64,000 nucleotides of DNA. Source: an uncultured Eubacteriales bacterium. Its GTDB lineage: Bacteria > Bacillota > Clostridia > TANB77 > CAG-508. Both the position numbers and the translations under genes were made by a program. Positions within the stretch are counted from its first letter, which is position 1, and the number at the start of each line of letters is the position of its first letter. The DNA lies in contig CASFHP010000010.1 in assembly GCA_949294555.1 (NCBI GenBank), positions 34,191 through 98,190 of the forward strand, read 5' to 3'. Below the pieces are notes generated by a model. The model searched no databases and was not told where the DNA came from. It saw only the letters and a program-made list of their open reading frames with translations. Shown here in pieces: positions 27,844 through 36,400 of this stretch.

Positions 27844-27957
27844 GACAATTTGGGACAGGTTGGGTTTTGTAGCACTTTTGTCGAATATTGTCGTTTAAAA
27901 TTATTTTATCTTTAAACGACAATATTCGACAAAAATCCCAACCTGTCCCAAATTGTC
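27844..27957. repeat. 114-bp long hairpin (family C) whose left arm is 27-bp direct repeat copy 2; the right arm abuts the eno stop
   Basis: Outer arms 27844-27870 / 27930-27957. The inner stem is a perfect 24 bp, ttttgtcgaatattgtcgtttaaa / tttaaacgacaatattcgacaaaa. Confidence 0.9.
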
Positions 27958-29217
27958 CTATTCACTTTCAATTTTTAATAATCGGTTATATTTTGCAACT
28001 CTATCTGTTCTACAAGGTGCACCTGTTTTGATTTGCATACTATTAACACCTACTGCAATATCTGCAATTGTTGTATCTTCTGTTTCTCCAGATCTATGAG
28101 AAATAATTGTTTTATAGCCATTTTCTTTTGCCATTTGAATTGTATCCAAGGTTTCTGTTAATGTTCCTATTTGATTTGGTTTTATTAGAATAGCATTTGC
28201 TACTTTTTTGTCTATTCCTCTTCTTAATCTAGACATATTGGTTACAAACAAATCATCTCCTACCAATTGAATTTTCTTTCCTAATTTTTCTGTTAGAATT
28301 TGCCAATTGTCCCAATCCTCTTCTGCTAACCCATCTTCTATTGATACAATTGGATATTTGTTACATAAATTTACTAAATAGTCTATCATTTCTTCATTTG
28401 TTTTTAAGACATCTGTTTTCCAGAAATAGTAACCATCTTTTCCAATCTTTTTGGCTTCTTCTTTCATTTCTGTACTTGCAACATCTAAGGCTAATACAAT
28501 GTCTTTTCCTGGTTCATATCCTGCTTTTTTGATTGCTTCTATGATAACATCTAAAGCCATTTCTTCATTTTCTAGATTTGGTGCAAAACCGCCTTCGTCT
28601 CCTACACCAACTGCAAATCCTTTTTCTTTTAATACATTTTTTAAGGTATGATAAATTTCTGCACCTCTACGTAATCTTTCTGCAAATGTAATATCTCCTA
28701 TTGGCATTATCATAAATTCTTGAATACTAATATTATTTTCTGAATGTTTACCTCCGTTTAATATGTTCATCATTGGAACAGGCAGTTTTTTTGCGTTAAT
28801 TCCACCTATATATCTGTATAGTTCAATTCCTAATGTATTACTTGCTGCTTTTGCTACTGCTAATGAAACACCTAAAATCGCATTTGCTCCCAAATTAGAT
28901 TTGTTTAATGTGTCGTCTAGTCGTATCATTTCTTCATCTATTTTTCTTTGCTCAAATACATTCATGCCAATGATTTTTTTACTAATTTTTTTATTAACAT
29001 TTTCGACTGCTTTTAAGACCCCTTTTCCATTATATCGATTTTTCTCCCCATCACGTAATTCTACTGCTTCAAAACTTCCTGTTGAAGCACCTGATGGCAC
29101 TGCTGCCACACCACATATTCCCTCTTCTGTTACTACCTCTACTTGTAAAGTAGGATTTCCTCTTGAGTCCAATATTTCTATTGCCTCTACATTTTTAATT
29201 AATGAACTCTTTTTCAT
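27958..29217 (-). CDS. eno: Enolase
   Basis: Motifs [32 protein letters not shown]. Start at 29217 ([10 protein letters not shown]) after an aaaggagg SD. Confidence 0.97.
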   Translation of the reverse strand: MKKSSLIKNVEAIEILDSRGNPTLQVEVVTEEGICGVAAVPSGASTGSFEAVELRDGEKNRYNGKGVLKAVENVNKKISKKIIGMNVFEQRKIDEEMIRLDDTLNKSNLGANAILGVSLAVAKAASNTLGIELYRYIGGINAKKLPVPMMNILNGGKHSENNISIQEFMIMPIGDITFAERLRRGAEIYHTLKNVLKEKGFAVGVGDEGGFAPNLENEEMALDVIIEAIKKAGYEPGKDIVLALDVASTEMKEEAKKIGKDGYYFWKTDVLKTNEEMIDYLVNLCNKYPIVSIEDGLAEEDWDNWQILTEKLGKKIQLVGDDLFVTNMSRLRRGIDKKVANAILIKPNQIGTLTETLDTIQMAKENGYKTIISHRSGETEDTTIADIAVGVNSMQIKTGAPCRTDRVAKYNRLLKIESE

Positions 29218-29306
29218 AAAACCTCCTTTTTGAGCAACACTGCTCTTCAAAAAATATTCTATTTACATATATATACAGTTTTTACAATTTCATGAAATCT
29301 ATACAT

Positions 29307-30941
29307 TTAACTTGCTTTTTTATTTCTTAGTTCATATGCATATTGTAGAGTTACTTCATTAATTTCTCCTGATGAAATTCTGGCAATTTCTTCTATGACT
29401 TCATTTTCTTTTAATAATCTAATTTGTGTTTTGGTTCTTTCTTCTTTCACGTTTTTACTAATAAAATAGTTGTAATCTGCCATAGCTGCAATATTTGGCA
29501 AATGTGATATGCACATTACTTGATGTTTTTTAGCAATTGCTTTTAATTTTACAGCTACTGCATTTGCTGCCTTTCCACTAATTCCTGTATCGATTTCGTC
29601 AAATACCAATACAGGTATACTGTCTGTGTCTGCTAATACCTTTTTGATAGCCAACATCGTCCTTGACATTTCTCCACCAGATGCAATTTTTGATAATTCT
29701 TTTTCATCTTCTCCTAAGTTTGTTGTAATATAAAATTTAACAATGTCTTTTCCTGTTTTGAAAAATTCATTTTCTATATAATCTACCTTGACATTTATTT
29801 TTGCATTTTTCATTTCTAAATCAACTAATTCTTGATTAATATTTTCACTTAATTTTTTTGCATATTCTGTTCTTATCATATTCATTTTCTTAGCAATTGT
29901 ATTCATATTTTTCTTTATTTTTTCTAACTCTTTTTTTAATTGATTATTATGTTCTTCTAAATTTTCTATATGATAAATCTCTTCTTTTACCTGTTCATTA
30001 TATGCTAAAATTTCTTGTATGCTATTACCATATTTTCTTTTTAAAGAATAAATGATATCTAGTCTTTCTTCTATAGCATTTCTTTCATCAGCGTCAAAGT
30101 AAACATCTTCTTTGTAACTACTAATATCTCTGGCTAATTCTTGTAATTCATAATAAGAGCTTTTTAAACTAGTTGTTACAGTTTCATATTTTTTATCGAT
30201 GTTTTCAATTTTTTCTAATGCACGAATTGCCATGCTTAAACTATCTATTGTGCTTTCAGACAATAGACTATCTGCTTCATTTAAATTATCTGCTATTTTT
30301 TCTGAGTTTAAAAATATATTTCTTTTTTCTTCTAATGTTTCTTCTTCATTTTCTTTTAATTTTGCCTGTTCGATTTCTTCTGTTTGATATCTTAACAAGT
30401 CTAACTTTCTTTGTCTTTCTTTATCATCTCCATAATTTTGTTTTAATTCTTCTTTAATTTCTAAATAACGTCTATATAATTCTTTATATTTTGCTTTATC
30501 TTCTCCTAATATTGATTTTCCAATAAATCCATCTAAATATTTTAAATGTAATTTATTGTCTAATAAATTTTGGTTGTCATTTTGTCCATGAATTTCTATA
30601 AATTGCTTCATAAAATCTCTCAATTCATTAACTGTTGCCATTCTTCCATTAATTTTGCACATATTTTTACCATTTGCATTAATTTCTCTTGAAACGATGA
30701 TGTTTCCTTCTATTGCATGTTCATTTTCTGGACAATATAAGCAAAGTTCAACAAAGGCATTTGTTTCTCCCTTTCTTAGCATATCTTTGGAAAATCTGCC
30801 TCCTGATATAATTTGAAGTGAATCTATAATTAGTGTTTTTCCTGCTCCAGTTTCTCCTGTTAATACATTTAGTCCCTTATTAAAATCAATATTTAGATCT
30901 TCTATAATTCCTATGTTTTTAATATGTAAAGATGATATCAT
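29307..30941 (-). CDS. recN: DNA repair protein RecN
   Basis: N-terminal LHIKNIGIIEDL...LTGETGAGKT, a long coiled coil, and C-terminal ASGGEMSRTMLA...VFDEIDTGISG. Start taken at MISSLHIKN. Confidence 0.93.
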   Translation of the reverse strand: MISSLHIKNIGIIEDLNIDFNKGLNVLTGETGAGKTLIIDSLQIISGGRFSKDMLRKGETNAFVELCLYCPENEHAIEGNIIVSREINANGKNMCKINGRMATVNELRDFMKQFIEIHGQNDNQNLLDNKLHLKYLDGFIGKSILGEDKAKYKELYRRYLEIKEELKQNYGDDKERQRKLDLLRYQTEEIEQAKLKENEEETLEEKRNIFLNSEKIADNLNEADSLLSESTIDSLSMAIRALEKIENIDKKYETVTTSLKSSYYELQELARDISSYKEDVYFDADERNAIEERLDIIYSLKRKYGNSIQEILAYNEQVKEEIYHIENLEEHNNQLKKELEKIKKNMNTIAKKMNMIRTEYAKKLSENINQELVDLEMKNAKINVKVDYIENEFFKTGKDIVKFYITTNLGEDEKELSKIASGGEMSRTMLAIKKVLADTDSIPVLVFDEIDTGISGKAANAVAVKLKAIAKKHQVMCISHLPNIAAMADYNYFISKNVKEERTKTQIRLLKENEVIEEIARISSGEINEVTLQYAYELRNKKAS

Positions 30942-31195
30942 AACACATTCCTCGACTTTCATTTATTTTACAAAATAGTCTGTGCTATTTTGCTAGTATT
31001 AGCATTTTTTGTACAATATTATATTTATATATTAAAACAAATCTATATTCACTAGACCTTTTCTATAATTTTTAACATTTACTATATTAATGTAAGATCT
31101 AGCAAGAAGCATATAAGATTTGTTGTGCAAAAAATTGTTTTACAATTGTCTGTACAATTTTTTTAGATTATAGGAAATTGTATTTGCTATAACCT

Positions 31196-31264
31196 AAAAA
31201 AAATGTTCGCCTTTATTGTATCCACAATTTTAAAAATTGTCAATACTTTTTGCGAACATTTTTT
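31196..31264 (-). terminator. Long-loop hairpin downstream of GLUG gene 2 (candidate terminator)
   Basis: aaaatgttcgc / gcgaacatttt stem flanked by A8 and T6 runs. The 41-nt loop contains a promoter-like element. Confidence 0.4.
31215..31243 (-). promoter_or_regulatory. Candidate promoter upstream of recN, embedded in the hairpin loop
   Basis: On the minus strand: TTGACA (31238-31243), 17-nt spacer, TACAAT (31215-31220). It is about 270 nt upstream of the recN start. Confidence 0.35.
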
Positions 31265-31316
31265 CTTTTTATATAAGTCTTACTGCTAAGCACTATGTAC
31301 ACAAGTGCAGATTATT

Positions 31317-31377
31317 AATAAATTATTTTATTACGAATGTGATTGGAAATATTTTAGAATTTGTTGGATAATTTATT
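31317..31377 (+). repeat. Half-copy of palindromic element P2 (matches 58222-58282)
   Basis: ataaattattttattacgaatgtgattggaaatattttagaatttgttggataatttatt vs ataaattatttaattacgaatgtgattggagatgttttagaatttattacataatttatt, about 6 mismatches in 59 by hand. It abuts or overlaps the stop of CDS 31373-33400. Confidence 0.8.
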
Positions 31378-33400
31378 CAAATGCAGGATATCCTTCTTCT
31401 CCCAATTTCCATTTGTTCCAATCTGTTGGATATGTTTGTTCTCCTTCTTTTCTATAAGAATTTAATAAATCTACAAATTCTTGTGTCTTAATATCATTTT
31501 CTGTTTTTTGTATTGCATTGTCAACAATATTTTCATCATCTACTTTGCTCATATTTCCAATTGATTTTCCACTAGTATAATATGAATAATTAATTTCCAC
31601 TTTCATTTCTATATTGATAATATCATTATTAATTGTTCCTATCATACTTCCATAATCAGTATTTTTTCCCACAGTCCAACAATTTTCAATATAAATATAA
31701 TTCTTTGCACATATCTTTCCTTGATTTCCAACAATTCCTCCTACAATACTATTTTCATGTATTACCTCTCCAGTATTAAAAGAATTATAAATACTTAATA
31801 TTAATTCACTATCATTAGCACTTCCTTTACTTGCTCCCACAATTCCTCCTGAACCCGCTAAAGTTCCGTTTCCTAATATACTTCCTTGATTGTATGTATT
31901 CTTTATTTCAACTTTTTGTGTATTATAACCTAGAATACCTCCTACTGCACTCTGATTACTTGTTCCATTTAAAGTAACATTTCCATAATTTCCACAATTA
32001 TCAATTTTGCAGTCACTTGAATTGTTATATCCTATAATACCTCCTACTGTTACATTTCCAGATATATCTCCTTTATTTATACAATTTTTTACATTATCAC
32101 CATTTCCAATGATACCTCCTGCTCCGCCATATCCCCATCTTCTTCCTGTTATTACTATGTCTCCTGTATTTGTACAATTTGTTATCTGTGCACTATATCC
32201 AATAATGCCTCCCACCATATTATATCCTGTTACATTAGCATGATTAGTACAATTTTCTATTAAATTGGCATACTGCCCTATTATTCCACCTGTATGTCCA
32301 GCACCTTTAATTTCTCCAGAAATTTCTAGATTTTTTATTATCGTATATTGTATATGTCCTGTTCCGAATAATCCAATACTTCTTCCAAATCCATAATTAT
32401 TTAATTGTGTGTCATTCTCATAATTAATATATAGATTACTTATTTTATAAATTTCCTCTGTTTCTTTATCTTTTCCATCAAAATTTCCATAAAAAATATT
32501 ATTAAGTCCAATTGGTTTAAAACCTGTTCCTGTCGTCATCTCATTCATTAATGTGTTTCCATCATCTGCATTTCCATTTATATCTCCAAAGTCTGTTCTT
32601 TCACTATTTTGATAAGATAATTTTGATTTAAAATTCAAATTGGTTTTTAATGCTATATATTTTCCACTAAAACTATTTCTATTAGCCGTTGTTACTTGTA
32701 CTGGCTCTCCATTTTCTAATTTTATACCGCTTCCATTTACTATATTAGAAAAAGCTACTAAATCTTCTATGCACCAAATTTCATATGGTTCTGCCTCTGT
32801 TCCTGCTAATGTTTTTCCATCTGTTCCAACTGTAATATCTCCTGGATATTTATCTTCTATGATATCTTGTGCTTCTCCTACATTTCCATCTTTATCAATA
32901 GTATAATATCTTCTACTTTCTTTGAATACTACTTCAAATTCTTCTCCTATATCTGTTGCTTCTGTTTTTCCTTCTCCTGTTTCTTTATCTAGTTGTTCTT
33001 GCAATTCTGCTTCTTCGATATTTCCATATTTATTGTTTCCCATTGCTTGTACTGTTGCTTTTTCTAGTATCTCTTTTTCATTGGCAATTTCTGCTTCTTC
33101 TTTGGCTCTTCCTGCATTTCTAATTAGTCCATTATCTCCTGTTATAGCATTTATCGTAATTCCTGCTAAGATTAGTAAAACAATAATTGTTATGACTAAT
33201 GCCAGCAAAGTAATTCCCTTCTGGCACTTTACTTTGTTTTCTATTTGTTGCTTTACTACTTTTTGAATCTGTTTTTCTACATGATTTTTTTGATTTTTTT
33301 CTTCACACTTTATATTTATATATTTTTGATTTATTATTCTTTTTGTTTGTTCATTTTTATGACTTTCTTTTTGTTGTTTTCTCTCTTTCATTTTTTCCAT
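31373..33400 (-). CDS. Surface protein with a pilin-like hydrophobic N-terminus and C-terminal GLUG-like repeats (paralogue 2)
   Basis: 675 aa. N-terminal KGITLLALVITIIVLLILAGITINAITGDNGLI. The next ~150 aa are nearly identical to paralogue 1. The C-terminal repeats include TGGIIGQY, VGGIIGYSA, AGGIIGNG, VGGIIGYNN, VGGILGYN, SGGIVGAS, VGGIVGNQ. Confidence 0.65.
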   Translation of the reverse strand: MEKMKERKQQKESHKNEQTKRIINQKYINIKCEEKNQKNHVEKQIQKVVKQQIENKVKCQKGITLLALVITIIVLLILAGITINAITGDNGLIRNAGRAKEEAEIANEKEILEKATVQAMGNNKYGNIEEAELQEQLDKETGEGKTEATDIGEEFEVVFKESRRYYTIDKDGNVGEAQDIIEDKYPGDITVGTDGKTLAGTEAEPYEIWCIEDLVAFSNIVNGSGIKLENGEPVQVTTANRNSFSGKYIALKTNLNFKSKLSYQNSERTDFGDINGNADDGNTLMNEMTTGTGFKPIGLNNIFYGNFDGKDKETEEIYKISNLYINYENDTQLNNYGFGRSIGLFGTGHIQYTIIKNLEISGEIKGAGHTGGIIGQYANLIENCTNHANVTGYNMVGGIIGYSAQITNCTNTGDIVITGRRWGYGGAGGIIGNGDNVKNCINKGDISGNVTVGGIIGYNNSSDCKIDNCGNYGNVTLNGTSNQSAVGGILGYNTQKVEIKNTYNQGSILGNGTLAGSGGIVGASKGSANDSELILSIYNSFNTGEVIHENSIVGGIVGNQGKICAKNYIYIENCWTVGKNTDYGSMIGTINNDIINIEMKVEINYSYYTSGKSIGNMSKVDDENIVDNAIQKTENDIKTQEFVDLLNSYRKEGEQTYPTDWNKWKLGEEGYPAFE

Positions 33401-33469
33401 TTTCTACCTCTTTTCTTTTATTTTCCTTTGTAATTACTTAATTTGTAGCTTCTTGTCACTTACAATTTT

Positions 33470-33496
33470 TTCTTTCAGTCAAATACTCTAGGAAAA
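33470..33496. repeat. Inverted repeat, left (IR-L2) of candidate inverton 2
   Basis: ttctttcagtcaaatactctaggaaaa, nearly identical to IR-L1. Confidence 0.55.
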
Positions 33497-33500
33497 AATA

Positions 33501-33550
33501 AAAAGCAGAAATCACTTGTTATTCTTTATTTACAAGCGATTTCTGCTTTT
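33501..33550. terminator. Bidirectional hairpin terminator inside candidate inverton 2
   Basis: aaagcagaaatcacttgt / acaagcgatttctgcttt stem with A-rich and T-rich flanks. Confidence 0.65.
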
Positions 33551-33603
33551 CATTTTTTATTATTTTCATCATTTAAAATTTATATTTTTATCTTCTCTTT
33601 CTA

Positions 33604-33632
33604 TTGACTTTCCTACATTTTATTGCTATTAT
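33604..33632 (+). promoter_or_regulatory. Near-consensus promoter inside candidate inverton 2, pointing away from GLUG gene 2
   Basis: TTGACT (33604-33609), 17-nt spacer, TATTAT (33627-33632). It matches the inverton 1 promoter region at 24 of 31 positions by hand. Confidence 0.5.
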
Positions 33633-33648
33633 ATCTTTAGTTTTAGTA

Positions 33649-33674
33649 TCCTTAAGTATTTGATTCTAGGAAAA
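33649..33674. repeat. Inverted repeat, right (IR-R2) of candidate inverton 2 (more degenerate)
   Basis: tccttaagtatttgattctaggaaaa. The core AGTATTTGA plus flanks match the reverse complement of IR-L2 at about 19 of 26 positions by hand. Confidence 0.4.
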
Positions 33675-33692
33675 TTATATACATTTTTTAGT

Positions 33693-34136
33693 TTATTTAT
33701 GTTGCTTTAACATCCATATAATTTTACTATATTCTAAGATATATTCATCAATTAAACTAGATGTTGCATAAATATGATTTTCATCAGCTAATTTTTTTAT
33801 TGTCATTGCCTTTTGCAATAAGTTTTCAAAATCTTTTAGTATTTTATCTAATACAATTTCTCCTTCAATTTTTGCATTTTTTGCTTCTTCAATACATGTT
33901 TTCTCTAGATAATCTTTCATTGTACCTAGAGGTTGTTTATCCAAAGTCAATATATGTTCTGCAATTTCATCAATTTCTTCATTGATTTTGTCATAATATT
34001 CTTCTAATTTTTCATGCAAAACAAAAAAGTTTTTTCCTTTCACATTCCAATGATAATTTTGTAATTTTCTATAAAATACATTCAAATCCGCAAGAAATTC
34101 ATTTAATGTATTTACCATTTCTTCCATTTTCTTCAC
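33693..34136 (-). CDS. dps: Dps-family DNA-protection/ferritin-like protein
   Basis: 147 aa. Motif YRKLQNYHWNVKGKNFFVLHEKLEEYY. Confidence 0.85.
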   Translation of the reverse strand: MKKMEEMVNTLNEFLADLNVFYRKLQNYHWNVKGKNFFVLHEKLEEYYDKINEEIDEIAEHILTLDKQPLGTMKDYLEKTCIEEAKNAKIEGEIVLDKILKDFENLLQKAMTIKKLADENHIYATSSLIDEYILEYSKIIWMLKQHK

Positions 34137-34326
34137 TCCAATCTTTTATTTTATATATAAATTTTTTCCCTTTTTTTATTTTTTTATTCACTTAAAATTT
34201 ATATTTATATTTTTCATTTATTTGTACATAATAATATAAGAAAAACATTAAAAAATAAAAATTCTCTATCCTTTATAAAATTAATTGTTTTTCATAATAA
34301 AATTTATCATATCAAGGAGGTTAAAA

Positions 34327-34755
34327 ATGAATCGACCAGAATATATTTTAAATGAAATAAATAAAGGAATTAAGATGGGAATGGATTCTATTTCTTCTAT
34401 TGCTGAGAAAGTAACTGATGACCAATTAAAAGATGATTTACAATCTGAATATAATCAATATAATGAAATTTTAAATGATGTAAATGCCGAACTTGGTAAA
34501 TATGAAGAATTTCCAAAAGAATTAAATCCTGCACAAAAAATGATGGGATGGTTTGATATTCAAATGAGTACATTAACAGACAATTCCGATTCTAAAATTG
34601 CTGAAATGCTAATTAAAGGTACCAATATGGGAATTATTGAGGGTGTGAAATTATTGAATAATAATCCTGAAACAACTAAAGAGATAAAAAATATTTTAAC
34701 AAATTTTATCCAATTTCAAGAAAATAATGTGGAGAGATTAAAAAAATATTTATAA
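34327..34755 (+). CDS. Hypothetical helical-bundle protein
   Basis: Start at the ATG at 34327 after an aaggagg SD (the track start at 34285 is less likely). 142 aa, no firm motif. Confidence 0.5.
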   Translation: MNRPEYILNEINKGIKMGMDSISSIAEKVTDDQLKDDLQSEYNQYNEILNDVNAELGKYEEFPKELNPAQKMMGWFDIQMSTLTDNSDSKIAEMLIKGTNMGIIEGVKLLNNNPETTKEIKNILTNFIQFQENNVERLKKYL

Positions 34756-34796
34756 TGTCCAATTGGGGACGTTTCTTTTTGAGACATCCCCAATTG
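34756..34796 (-). repeat. GGGGAC-core repeat, family B copy 3 (inverted) forming a hairpin between convergent genes
   Basis: tgtccaattggggacgtttctttttgagacat is the reverse complement of the family B unit with 1-2 changes. caattgggga (34760-34769) pairs with tccccaattg (34787-34796). It starts one base after the stop at 34753-34755. Confidence 0.85.
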
Positions 34797-34804
34797 AACA
34801 GAAT

Positions 34805-36325
34805 TTATTTCAAAATTTCTTTTATAACTTTCCAAATTCTATCAATAGAGCAAATAGATACTCTTTCTTTTGGAGAGTGAACATCGTAACTATTCGGTCC
34901 TATACATACATATTCGCAATCTGGCATTTTATCAGCAAAAAATCCGCCCTCTACAACACCTTGTGAGACAATTTCTTCCATCTTTTTATTAAATACCTGT
35001 AAATATGCTTTTTGACATTTTTCTAATAGTTTGTTATTTTCCTTTTTTTCTACACCTTTTAGTTCTTGATGCCATGTTATGTTTATGCCATATTTTGTTA
35101 TCAATTGTTGTAATTCTTGCAAATATTCTTTTTCTAATTCTTTTTTATTGCTTCTTTCTGAAAATTCGATTTGCATTCCATTTTTACATTCTGTTAAAAC
35201 TGCTAAGTTTGCAGATAATATGACATTTTGATTTTCTTCTCTTTTTAATGCTCCATTTTTATATTCATTTACAAAATCGATGATTTCTCTACTCTTGTTT
35301 TTAGAATATGCTTTTATTATTTCTTGATTTTGTTTATTTTCTTCTAATTTTTCTAGTACTATCGTTTCATTTTGAAATTTTTCTTTTTGCTTTTGGATTT
35401 TTGCTTGTATTTTTTGAATTACTTCTTCTGAATTTGCCTCAATATTTTTAATTTTATTTTCTCCTTCTAGTTCACCGTTACTAATTACTTTATTTGTCTT
35501 ATCCTCTTTATCTAAAACACAAAATTCTATCATAAATTCTCTTGGTATTACATTTACTCTGCTACCACCTTTTAATTTTATAATTTGAACATTGCTAGTA
35601 TTTTCTAATGCTTCCATTGCTAATTTTATTGGATTGCCTCTTTTTTCATCTCCAATATTTCCACCAGAATGTCCTCCTAAAAAGTTTTCATAGCTTAATC
35701 TATAGATTTCATTTTTTTCATTAACCATTTCTTTTTCAGCTTCCATTATCCCTACCCATTCATTGCAATTGGCCGAACTAATTAAAATCTTTCCTTCTTT
35801 TCCATTATCTAATGAAATAATTTTTCTTGCTCGAATATTTTTGGCATCTATTTTTATTGCACCAATCATGGTTGTTTCTTCTTGTACTGTAAAAATACAT
35901 TCTAGGTTTGGAATGGAGATATCACTATCTAATATAGCCAGCATGTAGGCAACACCAATACCATTGTCTGCTCCTAAGGTTGTTCCTTTTGCTGTTATAT
36001 AGTCTCCTTCTTTGTATAAATTAATAGGGTCTTTTGAAAAGTCATGTTGAATTCCGATATCTTTTTCACATATCATATCTGTATGTGCTTGAAAAGCTAA
36101 GCTTTCTTCTGTTTCTCTTCCTTTGCTTGCTTTTTTATAAATAATGATATTTTCATATTCATCTTTTACATATTCTAAATTTCTATTCTTAGCAAATTTT
36201 TCAAGATATTCTCTAATTTGTTTTTCTTCTCCAGACCTTCTTGGAATTTTACTAATTTCCGCAAAATAGTCAATGACTTTTTTGGCTTCTAAATTTTGAT
36301 AGTCTTCTAATTTTAATAATTCCAT
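34805..36325 (-). CDS. pepD: Aminoacyl-histidine (Xaa-His) dipeptidase, M20C family
   Basis: 506 aa. N-terminal FAEISKIPRRSGEE and metal-ligand segments AHTDMICEKD and GADNGIGVAY. Confidence 0.8.
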   Translation of the reverse strand: MELLKLEDYQNLEAKKVIDYFAEISKIPRRSGEEKQIREYLEKFAKNRNLEYVKDEYENIIIYKKASKGRETEESLAFQAHTDMICEKDIGIQHDFSKDPINLYKEGDYITAKGTTLGADNGIGVAYMLAILDSDISIPNLECIFTVQEETTMIGAIKIDAKNIRARKIISLDNGKEGKILISSANCNEWVGIMEAEKEMVNEKNEIYRLSYENFLGGHSGGNIGDEKRGNPIKLAMEALENTSNVQIIKLKGGSRVNVIPREFMIEFCVLDKEDKTNKVISNGELEGENKIKNIEANSEEVIQKIQAKIQKQKEKFQNETIVLEKLEENKQNQEIIKAYSKNKSREIIDFVNEYKNGALKREENQNVILSANLAVLTECKNGMQIEFSERSNKKELEKEYLQELQQLITKYGINITWHQELKGVEKKENNKLLEKCQKAYLQVFNKKMEEIVSQGVVEGGFFADKMPDCEYVCIGPNSYDVHSPKERVSICSIDRIWKVIKEILK

Positions 36326-36400
36326 ACGCTTTTTTCTCCTTACATCATATTCAACTTTTTAAAAATTTTTTGCCTACAACCTTTTAATACTATTGTTTAT

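Noticed and set aside
31196-31264. Canonical LexA (Cheo) box upstream of recN
   Set aside because: Only separated GAAC/GTTC half-sites within a long hairpin are present. There is no GAAC-N4-GTTC unit.
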